Below, piece after piece: positions 39,561-50,128 of a DNA stretch of 64,000 nucleotides. The notes under the pieces are model-generated. The model ran no database searches. It was given only the letters and a program-made list of their open reading frames with translations, and had not been told where the DNA came from. This DNA is from Chitinivibrionales bacterium. GTDB taxonomy: Bacteria > Fibrobacterota > Chitinivibrionia > Chitinivibrionales > WJKA01. Position 1 is the first letter of the stretch. Each line of letters opens with the position of its first letter. Made by a program: the position numbers and the translations under genes. The stretch covers positions 1 to 64,000 of the forward strand of contig JBBRUX010000015.1 of the NCBI GenBank assembly GCA_038247415.1, written 5' to 3'.

Positions 39561-41570
39561 ATGCTTAATTCATCCCGCACTGTATCTTCGTCTCATATAA
39601 CCAGCAAAGTTTCCAAACCGTGGGTTATCAAGAAACTTGCCCTTATCATTATAAGCCTAGTGCTTATTGCAGGGATTATTTGGGTTGTTATTCCAATGCA
39701 AAAGGCCGTGCATGACTTTCAACAGTCGGTTATTTTTGATGCGCATAAACTTGTTCGTTTACACGAGGTGAGTCGAGTTTATACGATTGAGAAAGATCCT
39801 TTTGATACAACCATGCTGTGGTTTGGTACCGCAGAAGGAATCCATGTTCTTAATACCACTACATTCGAATGGCGCAGAATCGGACTTGATCACGGATTAC
39901 CTTCCGAAAAGGTAACGGGATTTTGTTTTACTAGCGACAGAGTCTGGATTTCAACCCTTGGGGGAATGTGTTCTCTAAAACGAGGCGCTAATCTCGTTGA
40001 TAGCTGCAAAAGCGCTCAAAAAAGTCCTTCGCGAATAGTAGCGTTAGTAAATATTCCAGGAATTGGCGTTGTTGGTTCTGCGCAAGGCGAAGGGCTCTTT
40101 GTAGTGAGATCTCCCGACAGTGTTCCGCAACCATTTAAAGTATCAGATGGCATCGATTGTGTAACCGTCACCTCACTTCGCATGATATCGGGGAGCCTCT
40201 TTGTTGGAACTAATGCGGGCATTCTGGTTTCGTATGATATTGCTTCGGGAAAAGTTACCAAAATTCCATGCCCGGGCTCTGTTTCAAAATCGTCTACAAT
40301 ATGGGATGTGCTACAAAGGCCAGAGGGTCTCTATATTGCAACATCAGATGCTGGGGTGTATGTTAAAAAGACCGGGTGTGACACAGCCTATGAAGATAAA
40401 AGTTTTCCTTGTAAAGGGGCTTTTTGTTTTTCGAATGAGGAAGATGGCTTTTTTTGCGCTACTCCGTATGGATTGTGGCGTTATCACGCTGCAAATACTA
40501 TTTGGCTTCAGTTTGTAAATCCTGCACAGCAATCTCCAACCGATTTTTCTATTACCTCTCTTGTTTCGAGTGGAGATTTGCTCTGGTATGGCGTACTTGA
40601 TGGAAAAAGTGGCTATCTTACTAAAACACGCGTAACGTGGCAACCATTGCGGGCAGGATTGTCGCATCCCAATGTTGCTGCTCTAGCAGTTGACGATTCG
40701 GTTATGTGGACGTCGTACGGGTATCAAAGCGGATTTCTTGATAGATTTTCTTCGAACACGTTGCAGTACCATCATAATTATGGGCTTGCATCGGGTATTT
40801 CCGATCCAACCATTCAAACCTTATTTGCATCTCATGGGGTGTTGTTTTACGGCGGATTCGAATCGTTTGGTTGGATTGCTCCAGACGTTGGCACCGGTCG
40901 GCATTATACCCTGGAAAACGGGCTTCCTCATGCCGATATTGCAGCAATTGTGCCAGAGAGCAGAACAACTCTTTTATTAGCAAGCAGTAGTGGAATTCTT
41001 CGATATGTCACAATTAATGAAACATTCGAGATCCTTAAGGAAAGTGGCATTGATAGAACAACGTGCATGGCTCTTAGCGATACAACGCTCTGGTACGGAA
41101 CTCTTGCTGGTGGAGTGAAGCAGTATGATATAAGACATCAAAAGATAGTGGCAACGTACGGAGAGAATGTATCCCGAATTATGGGGATTTTTATGCTTGA
41201 CGAAAACAATCTTTTTGTAGTAACAAAAACCAACGGATGTTATACTATAAACAGCGCATTAAAAAGGTGGAATGAAGTTGCTATTCCCAAAGCACTGTAT
41301 GGGACCTCTATGGCGGATGACCCTAATAATTGCATGTGCGCCCGGCAGATTGATGGAAGGATGTATCTTGGAACACGCGATCATGGATGCTTTGTGTATA
41401 CACCCTCAACAAAACACTGGAATACCATTTCGTTTTTTGATGGTTTAGTTACCGATCAGATCAGATCGTTTGACTCAGATTCTGTAAATATCTATATTGG
41501 TGGATACGGGGGAGTTACTAAAATTCCCAAGCAGTATATAGATAGTTTGTTTTTAGCTCAAAAAAAGTAA
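39561..41570 (+). CDS. Membrane-anchored double beta-propeller protein (Reg_prop-like repeats)
   Basis: N-terminal TM; repeats LWFGTAEG, DHGLPSEKV, ENGLPHADI, LWYGTLAGG, FDGLVTDQI. Confidence 0.8.
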   Translation: MLNSSRTVSSSHITSKVSKPWVIKKLALIIISLVLIAGIIWVVIPMQKAVHDFQQSVIFDAHKLVRLHEVSRVYTIEKDPFDTTMLWFGTAEGIHVLNTTTFEWRRIGLDHGLPSEKVTGFCFTSDRVWISTLGGMCSLKRGANLVDSCKSAQKSPSRIVALVNIPGIGVVGSAQGEGLFVVRSPDSVPQPFKVSDGIDCVTVTSLRMISGSLFVGTNAGILVSYDIASGKVTKIPCPGSVSKSSTIWDVLQRPEGLYIATSDAGVYVKKTGCDTAYEDKSFPCKGAFCFSNEEDGFFCATPYGLWRYHAANTIWLQFVNPAQQSPTDFSITSLVSSGDLLWYGVLDGKSGYLTKTRVTWQPLRAGLSHPNVAALAVDDSVMWTSYGYQSGFLDRFSSNTLQYHHNYGLASGISDPTIQTLFASHGVLFYGGFESFGWIAPDVGTGRHYTLENGLPHADIAAIVPESRTTLLLASSSGILRYVTINETFEILKESGIDRTTCMALSDTTLWYGTLAGGVKQYDIRHQKIVATYGENVSRIMGIFMLDENNLFVVTKTNGCYTINSALKRWNEVAIPKALYGTSMADDPNNCMCARQIDGRMYLGTRDHGCFVYTPSTKHWNTISFFDGLVTDQIRSFDSDSVNIYIGGYGGVTKIPKQYIDSLFLAQKK

Positions 41571-41609
41571 GCCTTGACAACAATTAATGATCGAGTAGGA
41601 GGTAGTGCT

Positions 41610-43211
41610 ATGAAATATTCGAATTTTGTACGAGCTCTTTTTGTGGTAAGTTGTATTGGTCTGGGATCTCGTGTGTTTGCGGTAAGCACCCCTCCGACAA
41701 ACGACAACCTTTCTAAAGGGCTTATTGCTCTTGGTCATAACGAAATCCCCGAAGCAATTAAATTGCTAAATGCGGCCCTCTTGGATGACTCGTTATCCTC
41801 TCGTGCCTACATGGGTCTTGGTAATGCTTACATAAAATCTGGTGATTATGCGCAAGCCGCCACAATGCTTGAAAAGGCTGCGCAACTTGACCCTACGCAT
41901 ACCGGCGTGCAATCGAATTTGGCCACTGCGTATGTATTGAATGGATTTCCACATAAGGCTATTGCACTGTATCAAAAGCTTATTCTGAATGAAACAACAA
42001 ATGCAGAGTGGCACAATAATTTGGCGGCTGTGTATCAATCTATCAATAATTTACCTTCGGCAATTGCCGAATGGGAACGAGCAATAGGCTTAAAGCCAAC
42101 CGAAATGTCGTATTATATTCGGGTTGCGAGTTTGTATGAAACCATGAATGCTATTCAGAAAGCGCAGCATACCTATGAAAAAGCCATTGCTATAAATCCC
42201 CGAAGTGATGAGGTGTTGGTTTCTTTGGGGGTTCTGTATCGTAATCAATCGAATTATGAGAAGGCTTCAGAATTTTTTATTCGCGCTCAAAAGGCCTCGC
42301 CAGAGTCGTATCGGGCTGTTGGCGAAATGGGTGTACTTCTTGATATGCAGGGAAAACTTGATGCTGCTATTGTCCGTTATTCACAAGCAGTTTCCCTCAA
42401 TCGGAAAGATACAAAGTATATGGAGGCGCTTGCCGGAGCGCATGTGCGAAAAGGGGATTTTGCAGCAGCGGGGAGTTATTTCAGACAATTACTCTCTAAA
42501 AATCCCGACTCGAAGCGTTTACATGGAGAGCTTGGTATCTGTTTGCTTAATGGGAAAGACTATTATGCAGCCATTGGGGAACTTAAAATTGCAACTGCCG
42601 ATTCGCTCCTGATGCGTAAATATTTGAATGCTTTGGGTTTAGCGTATGTTGGTTTAGAAAAATACGAATTGGCACTGAGTTGCTACGAAGATGTAATAAA
42701 AGTAGACCCAGATAATCGTGATGCTCGTTTGCAAACGGGCATTATTGCTTATAAATTAAATCAGTATCCCAAAGCCGAAAAATACCTGAGGGGTGTGCTC
42801 GCCCTTGCTCCTGGGGAATCCGATGCGGTATTCTATATGGGAATGATACAAATTGCACAAAGTAATTTTGATGGCGCTCTCAAGTTTTTTCAAGATTTAC
42901 TTTCGCTCTCTCAGATCGACGCTCGAGCATATTACGGAAGGGGATTGGTGTATGCTAAAAAATCTAATCCTCAAAAAGCAATCGAAAATTTTCTGGAGTG
43001 TATTAAAATAAACAATACATATTTAGATGCGCATTGGGAGCTTGGAAAGCTTTATGAAGGCGTTGGATATATGCAGGATGCCTATAACGAATATAAGAAG
43101 ATTCTGACCATTAATCCTAATTATACCTATCGGGATCTTGTAAAGGAAAAACTTGTAAGATTACATGATGGCAAAGCTGGTATAGTTGATAACGATTGGA
43201 AAAATTATTAA
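41610..43211 (+). CDS. Exported TPR-repeat protein
   Basis: RBS AGGAGGT; signal peptide; canonical TPRs (AYMGLGNAY, AYYGRGLVY, AHWELGKLY). Confidence 0.9.
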   Translation: MKYSNFVRALFVVSCIGLGSRVFAVSTPPTNDNLSKGLIALGHNEIPEAIKLLNAALLDDSLSSRAYMGLGNAYIKSGDYAQAATMLEKAAQLDPTHTGVQSNLATAYVLNGFPHKAIALYQKLILNETTNAEWHNNLAAVYQSINNLPSAIAEWERAIGLKPTEMSYYIRVASLYETMNAIQKAQHTYEKAIAINPRSDEVLVSLGVLYRNQSNYEKASEFFIRAQKASPESYRAVGEMGVLLDMQGKLDAAIVRYSQAVSLNRKDTKYMEALAGAHVRKGDFAAAGSYFRQLLSKNPDSKRLHGELGICLLNGKDYYAAIGELKIATADSLLMRKYLNALGLAYVGLEKYELALSCYEDVIKVDPDNRDARLQTGIIAYKLNQYPKAEKYLRGVLALAPGESDAVFYMGMIQIAQSNFDGALKFFQDLLSLSQIDARAYYGRGLVYAKKSNPQKAIENFLECIKINNTYLDAHWELGKLYEGVGYMQDAYNEYKKILTINPNYTYRDLVKEKLVRLHDGKAGIVDNDWKNY

Positions 43212-43230
43212 TTGTAATATTGATACTTGA

Positions 43231-43254
43231 TGTGTGGGGAATCTATCCCACACA
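43231..43254. terminator. Hairpin between convergent genes (likely bidirectional terminator)
   Basis: TGTGTGGG-gaatctat-CCCACACA between the TPR gene and uvrA 3' ends. Confidence 0.6.
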
Positions 43255-43279
43255 ATCGTTAAGTTTTATTCTCTCGAAT

Positions 43280-46108
43280 TTATAAATATTCCTTTAAAAA
43301 TTTCCCCGTCACCGATGCTTTGTTTGCAACAATCTCCTCAGGGGTTCCCGTTGCAACGATAATTCCGCCTTTGTCCCCACCATCGGGTCCAAGATCAAGA
43401 ATATAATCGGCACATTTGATTACATCGAGATTGTGCTCAATAACAACAATAGTATTGCCTCTGTCAACAAGTTCGGCAAGTACGGTCATGAGCAACCGGA
43501 TATCTTCAAAATGAAGACCTGTGGTAGGCTCATCGAGAATATAGAGGGTTTGGCCCGTGGCACGTTTAGAGAGTTCTGCTGCAAGCTTAATGCGTTGCGC
43601 TTCCCCGCCAGAGAGCGTTGTAGCTTGTTGGCCAAGATGGATATATCCCAGACCAACGGACGAAAGAACCGATAGCTTCGATTTGAGCTGCGGGATTTTA
43701 TCAAAGAATAAAAGAGCTTCGTCGATCGTCATATCTAGAATATCTGCAATAGATTTTCCTTTAAAGGTAATTTCGAGAGTTTCTCTATTGTATCGTTTCC
43801 CATGGCATGCTTCGCATTCAACATACACATCGGGAAGAAAATGCATCTCGATTTTATTGACACCATCGCCCTCACAAGATTCGCAACGTCCGCCCTTTAC
43901 ATTGAACGAAAACCGCCCTGGTTCATAGCCACGAATCTTGCTTTCTGGGAGTGTCGCAAACAGCGTGCGAATTGGATCGAATGTTTTTGTATACGTCGCT
44001 GGGTTTGATCGAGGGGTACGTCCAATGGGAGATTGATCGATTGCGATAACTTTATCGAGATTTGACAATCCCTTGATAGCCTTATAGGCTAATGGTTGAG
44101 CTTTGGCATTATAGAGCTTTTTAGCAAGCGCAGGATAGAGCGTTTGGTTAATGAGCGAACTCTTTCCCGAGCCGCTTACTCCGGTTACGCACACCATAGT
44201 GCCTAAAGGAAATGATGCTGAAACATTTTTGAGATTGTGTCCCGATGCCCCGGTAATTTCTATGTGCTTTCCATTGCCCGGTCGCCGAGAGGTTGGAGCG
44301 GGAATAGATTTTTTGCCGGTGAGATAAGGCCCTGTTACAGATGCCGGATTGGCCATGATTTCTTTTGGGGTACCCATAGCGACTATAGATCCGCCCTTGA
44401 CTCCTGCTCCGGGCCCCATATCAATAATACAATCTGCAGCAAACATGGTTTCTTTGTCGTGCTCGATAACGATTACGGTGTTGCCAATGTCGCGCAATGA
44501 GGTGAGTGTCGAAAGCAATTTTTCGTTATCGCGGGGATGAAGCCCTATACTTGGTTCATCGAGAATGTAAATGACCCCTGTTAGCTTAGATCCTATTTGT
44601 GTTGCAAGCCTAATGCGTTGAGATTCTCCACCAGAAAGGGTGGCGGAGTTTCGCGAAAGTGACAAATAGGATAATCCAACATTTTTTAAAAAATCGAGCC
44701 TTTGTGAAACTTCTTTAAGAATAGGACGGGCAATTTGTTCGTGACGTTTTGTGAGTGTGATATCTTTAAAAAAGAGCCCGAGTGTTTCTATTGACATTTT
44801 GGATAATTCGGCTATGGAGCGATTGCCAATAAAAATGGCAAGGCTTTCTTTGCGGAGTCGATCTCCTTTGCACGCAGGACAGGGCTTTTGAGACATGTAG
44901 CCCTCAATCCATCGACGAACATCTTCGGAGGAGGATTCTTTGTAGCGTCGCAAGAGATTTGGTGTAACTCCTTCGAAATGCTTATTGAATTGGCCATGAC
45001 CTTCTCCCGAACGCGCTTGCCATTTCATGGTTATTTTTTCGTCGCCGGCACCCATAAAGAGAATCTCTTTTTGGCTTTGCGATAGCGATGAAAAGGGCTT
45101 GTCGAGGGGAATTCCAAAGTGTTTACTAACAGAAACCAGGATTTGATGATTCCAACCCCCCATAATGGTTGCACCATTCCAAGGAACAATGGCTCCCTCA
45201 AGAAGCGTTTTTGATGTGTCGGGAACGCACAGGTCGGGATCTATTTCCAAAAGGTAACCAAGGCCATCGCAGGTTGGGCATGCACCAAAAGGATTGTTAA
45301 ACGAAAACATGCGGGGTGTGAGTTCGTCGTAGCTTATCGAGCAATGAGGACACGCTAAGCGTTCCGAATAAATAGCTTCGTCGCCCTCGACAAGGTGAAT
45401 TTTAATGGTTCCGTTAGAAGAGAGCTTAAAGGCAGTTTCGAGCGATTCGGTAAGGCGCGACCGAACGTTGCTCTGATTTACAAGACGGTCGATGATAACA
45501 TCGATCGAATGCTTTTTGTTTTTATCCAGGGGGATTGGATCTTCGAGAAGATGATCTATGTTGTCGACACGAGCCCTGACAAATCCATCTTTAAGAAGTT
45601 TATCGAAAAGATCTTTGTATTCGCCTTTTCGTCCGGAAACAACGGGCGACAAAACGGAAAATTTTGTCCCCACAGCGAAGGCCATAATTTTGTCGGTTAT
45701 TTCCTGAATTGTTTGTCGGGTGATGGGGCGATGGCATTTATAACAGGTTGGGTCTCCAACGCGAGCATACAAGAGACGAAGATAATCGTGAATTTCTGTA
45801 ACTGTGCCTACAGTTGATCGAGGATTATGACTGGTCGTTTTTTGCTCAATTGATATAGCGGGTGAAAGACCCTCGATGGAATCGACATCGGGTTTTTCCA
45901 TAAGCCCCAGAAATTGCCGCGCATAGGCCGAGAGCGATTCTACATACCGCCGTTGACCTTCTGAGTAGATCGTGTCAAATGCCAGCGAAGATTTACCCGA
46001 ACCGGACAATCCGGTAATAACGGTAAGTTCGTTACGTGGAATTGAGACGCTGATGTTTTTAAGGTTGTGCTCTCGAGCACCCTTTATCGTTATAAAATTG
46101 CTTTGCAT
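43280..46108 (-). CDS. uvrA: Excinuclease ABC subunit A
   Basis: [18 protein letters not shown], zinc fingers, [25 protein letters not shown]. Start moved to ATG 46108. Confidence 0.97.
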   Translation of the reverse strand: MQSNFITIKGAREHNLKNISVSIPRNELTVITGLSGSGKSSLAFDTIYSEGQRRYVESLSAYARQFLGLMEKPDVDSIEGLSPAISIEQKTTSHNPRSTVGTVTEIHDYLRLLYARVGDPTCYKCHRPITRQTIQEITDKIMAFAVGTKFSVLSPVVSGRKGEYKDLFDKLLKDGFVRARVDNIDHLLEDPIPLDKNKKHSIDVIIDRLVNQSNVRSRLTESLETAFKLSSNGTIKIHLVEGDEAIYSERLACPHCSISYDELTPRMFSFNNPFGACPTCDGLGYLLEIDPDLCVPDTSKTLLEGAIVPWNGATIMGGWNHQILVSVSKHFGIPLDKPFSSLSQSQKEILFMGAGDEKITMKWQARSGEGHGQFNKHFEGVTPNLLRRYKESSSEDVRRWIEGYMSQKPCPACKGDRLRKESLAIFIGNRSIAELSKMSIETLGLFFKDITLTKRHEQIARPILKEVSQRLDFLKNVGLSYLSLSRNSATLSGGESQRIRLATQIGSKLTGVIYILDEPSIGLHPRDNEKLLSTLTSLRDIGNTVIVIEHDKETMFAADCIIDMGPGAGVKGGSIVAMGTPKEIMANPASVTGPYLTGKKSIPAPTSRRPGNGKHIEITGASGHNLKNVSASFPLGTMVCVTGVSGSGKSSLINQTLYPALAKKLYNAKAQPLAYKAIKGLSNLDKVIAIDQSPIGRTPRSNPATYTKTFDPIRTLFATLPESKIRGYEPGRFSFNVKGGRCESCEGDGVNKIEMHFLPDVYVECEACHGKRYNRETLEITFKGKSIADILDMTIDEALLFFDKIPQLKSKLSVLSSVGLGYIHLGQQATTLSGGEAQRIKLAAELSKRATGQTLYILDEPTTGLHFEDIRLLMTVLAELVDRGNTIVVIEHNLDVIKCADYILDLGPDGGDKGGIIVATGTPEEIVANKASVTGKFLKEYL

Positions 46109-46134
46109 ATTTTTTACAAGAGGGGGGAAAAGGA

Positions 46135-46560
46135 TTAGATTGCGGTGGTAATGCCCTGCAGATCTTTGTGGTAAGAAACCCATGCACTAGCAATACCTTC
46201 GGCCACTTTATTGCGATCGAATGGTTTGAAAAAGAAAGGGCATTTCATGGTTTTATTAATTTTTACGAGGGTGTGCTTAGGATTATAGCCAAAACCAGTC
46301 ATAAGGGCTGTTTGGCACGGGATCTTGAGTTCCCTGATTTTGGAAATGAACTCATATCCATCCATCTCGGGCATGGCAATATCGGTAAGCACGAGAAAGA
46401 ACGATTTGTTTTCGAGCTTTGTAAAGGCGATGTTAACCGAATTTACAACGGTAACAACCCACCCAAGCGATTCGAGAAAGATGCGCAAGAAATCCAGAAC
46501 GTCATCTTCGTCGTCTACTACCAGGATATGGCGATTATTTTCTTTTTGTAAATAGTTCAT
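46135..46560 (-). CDS. Stand-alone response regulator receiver protein
   Basis: [26 protein letters not shown]. Confidence 0.9.
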   Translation of the reverse strand: MNYLQKENNRHILVVDDEDDVLDFLRIFLESLGWVVTVVNSVNIAFTKLENKSFFLVLTDIAMPEMDGYEFISKIRELKIPCQTALMTGFGYNPKHTLVKINKTMKCPFFFKPFDRNKVAEGIASAWVSYHKDLQGITTAI

Positions 46561-46912
46561 CTATTTTTGTCAACAATTCTTTTTTGCCAAAGGGTTTGGT
46601 AATGTACGCATCGGCCTTCATGACATGTAATCCAACCATTTCATCGAAGCCGGCCGCTCGAGCAGTAAGAATGCCTATGGGAAGCGATTTGAAATCGGGG
46701 TTATTGCGCACCTTTTTAAATATCTCCCAACCATCAATGCCGGGCATGTGGAGATCCAGCAAAAGTGCTTCTGGTTTTAAATCGAGAACTCGTTGATATG
46801 CAGAGAGCGGATCGAGTTCGGTAAATACTTCGTATTCGCCGTTTGTTTCGAGAACAAGTTTAACGAGCTCTGCAATATCCGGTTCGTCATCAACAACAAG
46901 AATCTTTTTCAT
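46535..46912 (-). CDS. Stand-alone response regulator receiver protein
   Basis: KKILVVDDE, LLDLHMPGIDG, ILTAR, YITKPF. Confidence 0.92.
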   Translation of the reverse strand: MKKILVVDDEPDIAELVKLVLETNGEYEVFTELDPLSAYQRVLDLKPEALLLDLHMPGIDGWEIFKKVRNNPDFKSLPIGILTARAAGFDEMVGLHVMKADAYITKPFGKKELLTKIDELFTKRK

Positions 46913-46922
46913 TCGATACATC

Positions 46923-47222
46923 CTATCGCTTCAAGTGTTCTCCAAAGAGCCAATGCCAATAAGGCAGAATGGCGATAACTGCAAGGACTCCGGCAATGAA
47001 TCGAAGAATTGAGGATACATAGTCGGGAATATGAACGGTAAAGCTGTATCTGAGTGAATCGAGACCAAATGCGAAAAACACAAGCGCAATGCTCAGGTAT
47101 AAGAGCTTGTAAATCGGAGTGATTTTAAGCGCAGACCCGAGCTGATAGGAAAGATGTGCCAACAGCAAAAACAAAAGGATGGTGGCACAATCAAAAAGAA
47201 ATAAATATTCAAACATGATCAT
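46923..47222 (-). CDS. Small three-TM membrane protein (KaiC-like ATPase associated)
   Basis: Three hydrophobic helices; LAHLSYQLGSALKITPIYK and PYWHWLFGE. Confidence 0.7.
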   Translation of the reverse strand: MIMFEYLFLFDCATILLFLLLAHLSYQLGSALKITPIYKLLYLSIALVFFAFGLDSLRYSFTVHIPDYVSSILRFIAGVLAVIAILPYWHWLFGEHLKR

Positions 47223-47244
47223 GGTGCTTAAAATGCCCCACAGT

Positions 47245-47544
47245 TTATTTACGTATGCGTTTCATTCGATAGTACAGACTAATAACATTTAGTGCCATTG
47301 CAATAGCACAGGAAATAAGGCCAATCGTTTGAGCAGCTGCAATAATCAGGGACGGATTCTTAAAAATGGGAACGCTAAGAGCAACAACTAACCCAATGAC
47401 TGCTGCAAATAAAAAACCAGCCTTTGGGGAGTACTCGGAAAATTTTCGTTGATAAAATGACGAAATAAGATAGCATACGATATTAAGAAATACTACACTC
47501 ACGATGTATCCGGCAACAAGGATTCCAATCATGGTGCTATTCAT
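47245..47544 (-). CDS. Small three-TM membrane protein (KaiC-like ATPase associated)
   Basis: Three hydrophobic helices; ISSFYQRKFSE; basic C-terminus. Confidence 0.7.
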   Translation of the reverse strand: MNSTMIGILVAGYIVSVVFLNIVCYLISSFYQRKFSEYSPKAGFLFAAVIGLVVALSVPIFKNPSLIIAAAQTIGLISCAIAMALNVISLYYRMKRIRK

Positions 47545-47550
47545 AATTCT

Positions 47551-48324
47551 TTATTTCTTTTTTCCAAATACATTAACAAATGCATCTTGCGGGGTGTGAT
47601 GAGTTATACCGCTCATGATACCTTCGCGTCCTGAAAATTTAGCTTCTACTTCGATGCCTGTTGGCGTTGTGCGGAAGCAACGAATGTCTTTATCGTGATT
47701 TGATCCGCGCATTTTTAGCACAATGAGTGCCTTTTCGATTGCACTATCGATTTCTACATACCGAAGGAGCATGTAGGTATCCACGATGAATGGAGTCTTG
47801 CTTGTCACACGACTCATTTCTCCCAAAAGACTATCATTTTCACGAAGCAATAGACTCGTGACGCCTTCTCGCTTGAGCGAATTGATAAATCGGCGTTCGA
47901 TTTCCCGTCGATCGAATTCATCGATGGAGAGAGATTCGAAATGGGTCATGCTATCGATGGCCACGCGCTTAATTCCCATTTTTTCGATAATGGAAACAAA
48001 TTCGCCGTCGAGTTTATCCAGTTCCTGAACTGTTGTCTCTGGATCTGAGAAAATAATTTTTAAGGTACCTTGTGCTTCGAGCGCTTTGAGATCCCAGCCA
48101 AGCTGCAGAGCATCGTGGTAATATTGTTGTGGAAATTCCTCGAAGGTGATAATAAGCCCGGGTTCATTGAACTTGGTAATGCCATTAAAAATAAATTGCA
48201 TTGCCAAGGTGGTTTTTCCGGTGCCAGGAGCACCTTCAATCAAATTTGCCGATCCGGGTAACAAGCCACCATCGACCATTTTGTCGAGGGCTTTGATCCC
48301 GAACGGAACGCGGACATCTGCCAT
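47551..48324 (-). CDS. Single-domain KaiC/RAD55-like RecA-superfamily ATPase
   Basis: GIKALDKMVDGG, Walker A GAPGTGKT, ITFEE, RVAIDS, VLKMRGSNH. Confidence 0.9.
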   Translation of the reverse strand: MADVRVPFGIKALDKMVDGGLLPGSANLIEGAPGTGKTTLAMQFIFNGITKFNEPGLIITFEEFPQQYYHDALQLGWDLKALEAQGTLKIIFSDPETTVQELDKLDGEFVSIIEKMGIKRVAIDSMTHFESLSIDEFDRREIERRFINSLKREGVTSLLLRENDSLLGEMSRVTSKTPFIVDTYMLLRYVEIDSAIEKALIVLKMRGSNHDKDIRCFRTTPTGIEVEAKFSGREGIMSGITHHTPQDAFVNVFGKKK

Positions 48325-48347
48325 GGTAGTGCCTTCCGTTAATGGTA

Positions 48348-49277
48348 TCAGGAAAACAAATGGGCGATAACCGCCTTTTGAATATGTAAGCGGTTTTCCG
48401 CTTCGTCAAACGCTATCGAATTTTCAGAATCGAGAACATCGCTTGAAATCTCTTCCCCGCGATGAGCTGGTAAACAGTGAGAGACGAATGCATGCTTAGG
48501 CGCATGCGACATTAATTCGGTATTTACCTGAAATGCCTTAAAATCTTGTTTGCGTTTTTCGGCTTCGTTTTCTTGCCCCATGCTTGCCCAGACATCGGTA
48601 TATACTACTGTAGCCTTTGCAACCGCTTCTTTTGGGCTTGTGTTCACGGAAATAGTACTACCCGATTTTTGGGCGAGTACTAAGCATTCATCGAGCATCT
48701 GCTTGCGTGGTTCGTATCCATGCGGGCTAGCAATAACAAAGTTGTTTCCAGTAATTGCGCATAACGCCATTAAAGAATTGCAGACATTGTTACCATCGCC
48801 AATAAATACAACCGTGTGTCCGGAAAAAGATCCGGTTCTCTCGAAAATAGTTAGCGCCAACGCAAGTGCTTGGCATGGGTGGTGTTCGTCGGAAAGCGCA
48901 TTGATAACGGGAACAGAGCAGTGTCGAGCAAGTTCGGCAATTGTTGTATGATAAAAGGTTCTCGCTATGATGCAATGCACAATTCGTTCGAGGTTACGGG
49001 CAACATCGGCAACAGTCTCCCGTTTACCGATTTGAACCATGGAGGGATCGAGGTTAATAGGATGTCCGCCAAGTTCGTGAATTGCTGTTTCGAATGAAAT
49101 GCGTGTTCGAAGTGATGGTTTTTCGAAAATAAGTACGCATGTTTTGCCAGCAAGAGTTTTCGGGTCGGAAATAAGTCTGTTTTTTTTAAGCCCGACCGCT
49201 GCTACGAGAAGGTGTTGGATTTCTTCATGAGACAAATCGGCTATACTAAGCAAGTCTTTAGCGTGTGAAAATGTCAT
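48348..49277 (-). CDS. argF: Ornithine carbamoyltransferase
   Basis: FEKPSLRT, HPCQ, GDGNN, DVWASMG, HCLP. Confidence 0.93.
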   Translation of the reverse strand: MTFSHAKDLLSIADLSHEEIQHLLVAAVGLKKNRLISDPKTLAGKTCVLIFEKPSLRTRISFETAIHELGGHPINLDPSMVQIGKRETVADVARNLERIVHCIIARTFYHTTIAELARHCSVPVINALSDEHHPCQALALALTIFERTGSFSGHTVVFIGDGNNVCNSLMALCAITGNNFVIASPHGYEPRKQMLDECLVLAQKSGSTISVNTSPKEAVAKATVVYTDVWASMGQENEAEKRKQDFKAFQVNTELMSHAPKHAFVSHCLPAHRGEEISSDVLDSENSIAFDEAENRLHIQKAVIAHLFS

Positions 49278-49530
49278 ACCTGATGCTTCCTGAATTCGAA
49301 CCTCACATCCAATATTATGAATGCATAGGCAAAATAAGAAAGTTTATAAAATACATGTTTCCGGTAGCTCGTTGGCAAGTTGGATCAATTTATTCTCAAA
49401 CCTTTTTTTTAAAGATCTTGCGTTTACATTGTACACCACACATATTAATGAAAGAAGTCTTCGTGGCACTAATTTGCCATTTGTTGACAAAACACGCTTT
49501 GATGACCTGAATTCAAGAGGGGGCGATCAC

Positions 49531-49848
49531 GTGGAAATCACCGAAGTACGTATCAGTTTGCGCAGTGAGGAGAAGCTTAAAGCTTTCGCAAGCATCACGT
49601 TTGATGACTGCTTTGTTGTGCGGGGTCTTAAAGTAATCAACGGGTCGGACGGCTACTTTGTGTCGATGCCAAGCCGCAAGCATAAGGATGGCACCTATCA
49701 CGATATCGCCCATCCAATCAATAACGATATGAGAAAACTGATCGAAGATCGGGTATTAGATTCTTTTGAGCAGGAACTTAATCGGGCACAGGCAAACCCT
49801 CCCGTGGCAGGAGCCGATGAATCTGCATCGGACGATGCAGCTTATTAA
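49531..49848 (+). CDS. spoVG: SpoVG nucleic-acid-binding regulator
   Basis: GTG start; EITEVRI..LKAFASITFDDCFVVRGLKVI..FVSMPSRK..DIAHPIN. Confidence 0.93.
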   Translation: MEITEVRISLRSEEKLKAFASITFDDCFVVRGLKVINGSDGYFVSMPSRKHKDGTYHDIAHPINNDMRKLIEDRVLDSFEQELNRAQANPPVAGADESASDDAAY

Positions 49849-50013
49849 TCTACGAAAGTATACTGAGATACAGATTGAGCCAGCATTTCGCGCCCCCAAA
49901 AGGGGCGTCTCGCGACCGAAATGGAACTTACGATGGTCTTGCAGGCTTCCGCGAAAAAAAGTATTTTCCTCTTTCTGCTGCCAAATAGTATATTAAACAG
50001 TTTCCATTTCTAC

Positions 50014-50085
50014 TGGGGCGTCGACAAGCGGTAAGTCACGTGGTTTTGGTCCACGTATTCGGAGGTTCGAATCCTTCCGCCCCAG
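50014..50085 (+). tRNA. tRNA-Gln (anticodon TTG), CCA not encoded
   Basis: Acceptor TGGGGCG/CGCCCCA, D-arm GAC/GTC, anticodon arm CGTGG-TTTTGGT-CCACG, T-arm GGAGG-TTCGAAT-CCTTC. Confidence 0.95.
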
Positions 50086-50128
50086 CTTCTTTTTGAATAT
50101 TTTTTTTTAATAAACAGGAGGATGTACC

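Noticed and set aside
47551..48324. Circadian clock kaiC
   Set aside because: Single domain, no Ser-Thr phosphosites, no kaiA or kaiB.
48348..49277. N-acetyl- or N-succinyl-ornithine carbamoyltransferase because of SLRT
   Set aside because: DVWASMG and HCLPAHRG match ordinary OTCase.
50014..50128. tRNA-anchored integrative element
   Set aside because: No integrase and no duplicated tRNA 3' end seen; rplY follows directly.
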